Source of the DNA: an uncultured bacterium | GTDB taxonomy: Bacteria > Verrucomicrobiota > Kiritimatiellia > RFP12 > UBA1067 | NCBI GenBank assembly: GCA_902763655.1 | Contig: CACWSW010000001.1 | Span: 5,172 to 69,171, forward strand | DNA length: 64,000 nucleotides | Direction of reading: 5' to 3' | Shown here: positions 63,529 through 64,000 of the stretch, piece after piece | Position numbering within the stretch: position 1 is the first letter of the stretch | Layout: the number at the start of each line of letters is the position of its first letter | Notes under the pieces: model-generated | Database searches by the model: none | What the model saw: the letters and a program-made list of their open reading frames with translations, nothing else | Told to the model about the DNA's origin: nothing | Position numbers and translations under genes: made by a program

Positions 63529-64000
63529 ATGAAGAAAGTGCATTTCACGAAGATGCATGGCGCGGGAAACGATTTCGTGCTGATAGACGATCGCGAGGAG
63601 ACTTTCCCCGTACATGACCATCTGCGCCTTGCGGCTCTGGCAACGGCGCACACTGGCATCGCCTGCGAGGGCGTGATACTCGTCCAGCCGTCCAAGGTGG
63701 CCGATTTCCACATGGCGTTCTTCAATCCCGACGGGACCGAAGCGGACCTCTGCGGGAACGGCGCGCGCTGCGTTGCGGCGTTTGCGCGGGAGATCGGCGT
63801 GGTGCGCTCGCCTGCCATGACGTTCCACACGCGCGCCGGACTGGTGGACGCGGAGATCGTCGGGCCGGGCAGCGTGAAGGTGTGGATGCCGGAGCCCCGG
63901 CACCGCCGCTACAACATGCAGGTGCAGCTGCCGGGACAGGCGGTCACGGGCGACTTCGTCGAGGCGGGAGTGCCGCACTTCATCGTGCAGTGCACGAGCG
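63529..64000 (+). CDS. dapF: diaminopimelate epimerase (partial, runs off window end)
   Basis: N-terminus MKKVHFTKMHGAGNDFVLIDDRE and the CGNGARC active-site motif of DapF. Confidence 0.8.
   Translation, partial: MKKVHFTKMHGAGNDFVLIDDREETFPVHDHLRLAALATAHTGIACEGVILVQPSKVADFHMAFFNPDGTEADLCGNGARCVAAFAREIGVVRSPAMTFHTRAGLVDAEIVGPGSVKVWMPEPRHRRYNMQVQLPGQAVTGDFVEAGVPHFIVQCTS

Noticed and set aside
1-64000. CRISPR arrays, rRNA genes, IS elements, reverse transcriptase/DGR
   Set aside because: I scanned for regularly spaced direct repeats and for transposase and RT motifs and found none. The only tandem repeats are in-frame coding repeats (47775-48068, 60199-60262).

Overview
This window is GC-rich bacterial chromosome. 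The left ~16.9 kb carries host genes, in order: a partial Lys/Ala-rich H1-like protein, dinB, a secreted alpha/beta-hydrolase, a SAM-dependent methyltransferase, an exosortase-EpsI fusion, a WecA-family glycosyl-1-phosphate transferase, a TAT-lipoprotein DapA-family aldolase, purC, a Fis-type HTH protein, ybaB-recR, a XylR-type regulator with a secreted GH5 enzyme, queC-queD-queE, two small membrane proteins and galM. This block ends in tRNA-Arg(CCG) at 16905-16981. A ~46.6 kb prophage is integrated at the tRNA. It is bounded by an exact 27-bp direct repeat (the tRNA 3' end, at 16957-16983 and 63486-63512). A tyrosine integrase (+ strand) sits at the left end. An RHH repressor with three copies of a palindromic operator (ATGTGCGCACACCC) sits at the right end. 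Every other prophage gene is on the minus strand. The replication module has a DnaG/P4-type primase-helicase, a beta sliding clamp, an HD hydrolase, an ASCH protein and a PcfJ-like protein. The structural module runs terS-terL-portal-repeat-rich scaffold-capsid, then secreted and tail proteins, then a 1587-aa beta-helix-like tail fibre. The most striking gene is a single uninterrupted 4314-aa ORF (18218-31060). It carries RadC/JAB, PRTase, P-loop kinase, HExxH and ParB-like motifs, and I interpret it as a virion-packaged 'polyvalent' multi-effector protein. dapF begins just after attR. I saw no rRNA and no CRISPR array. I could not recognise a lysis cassette or a phage DNA polymerase.
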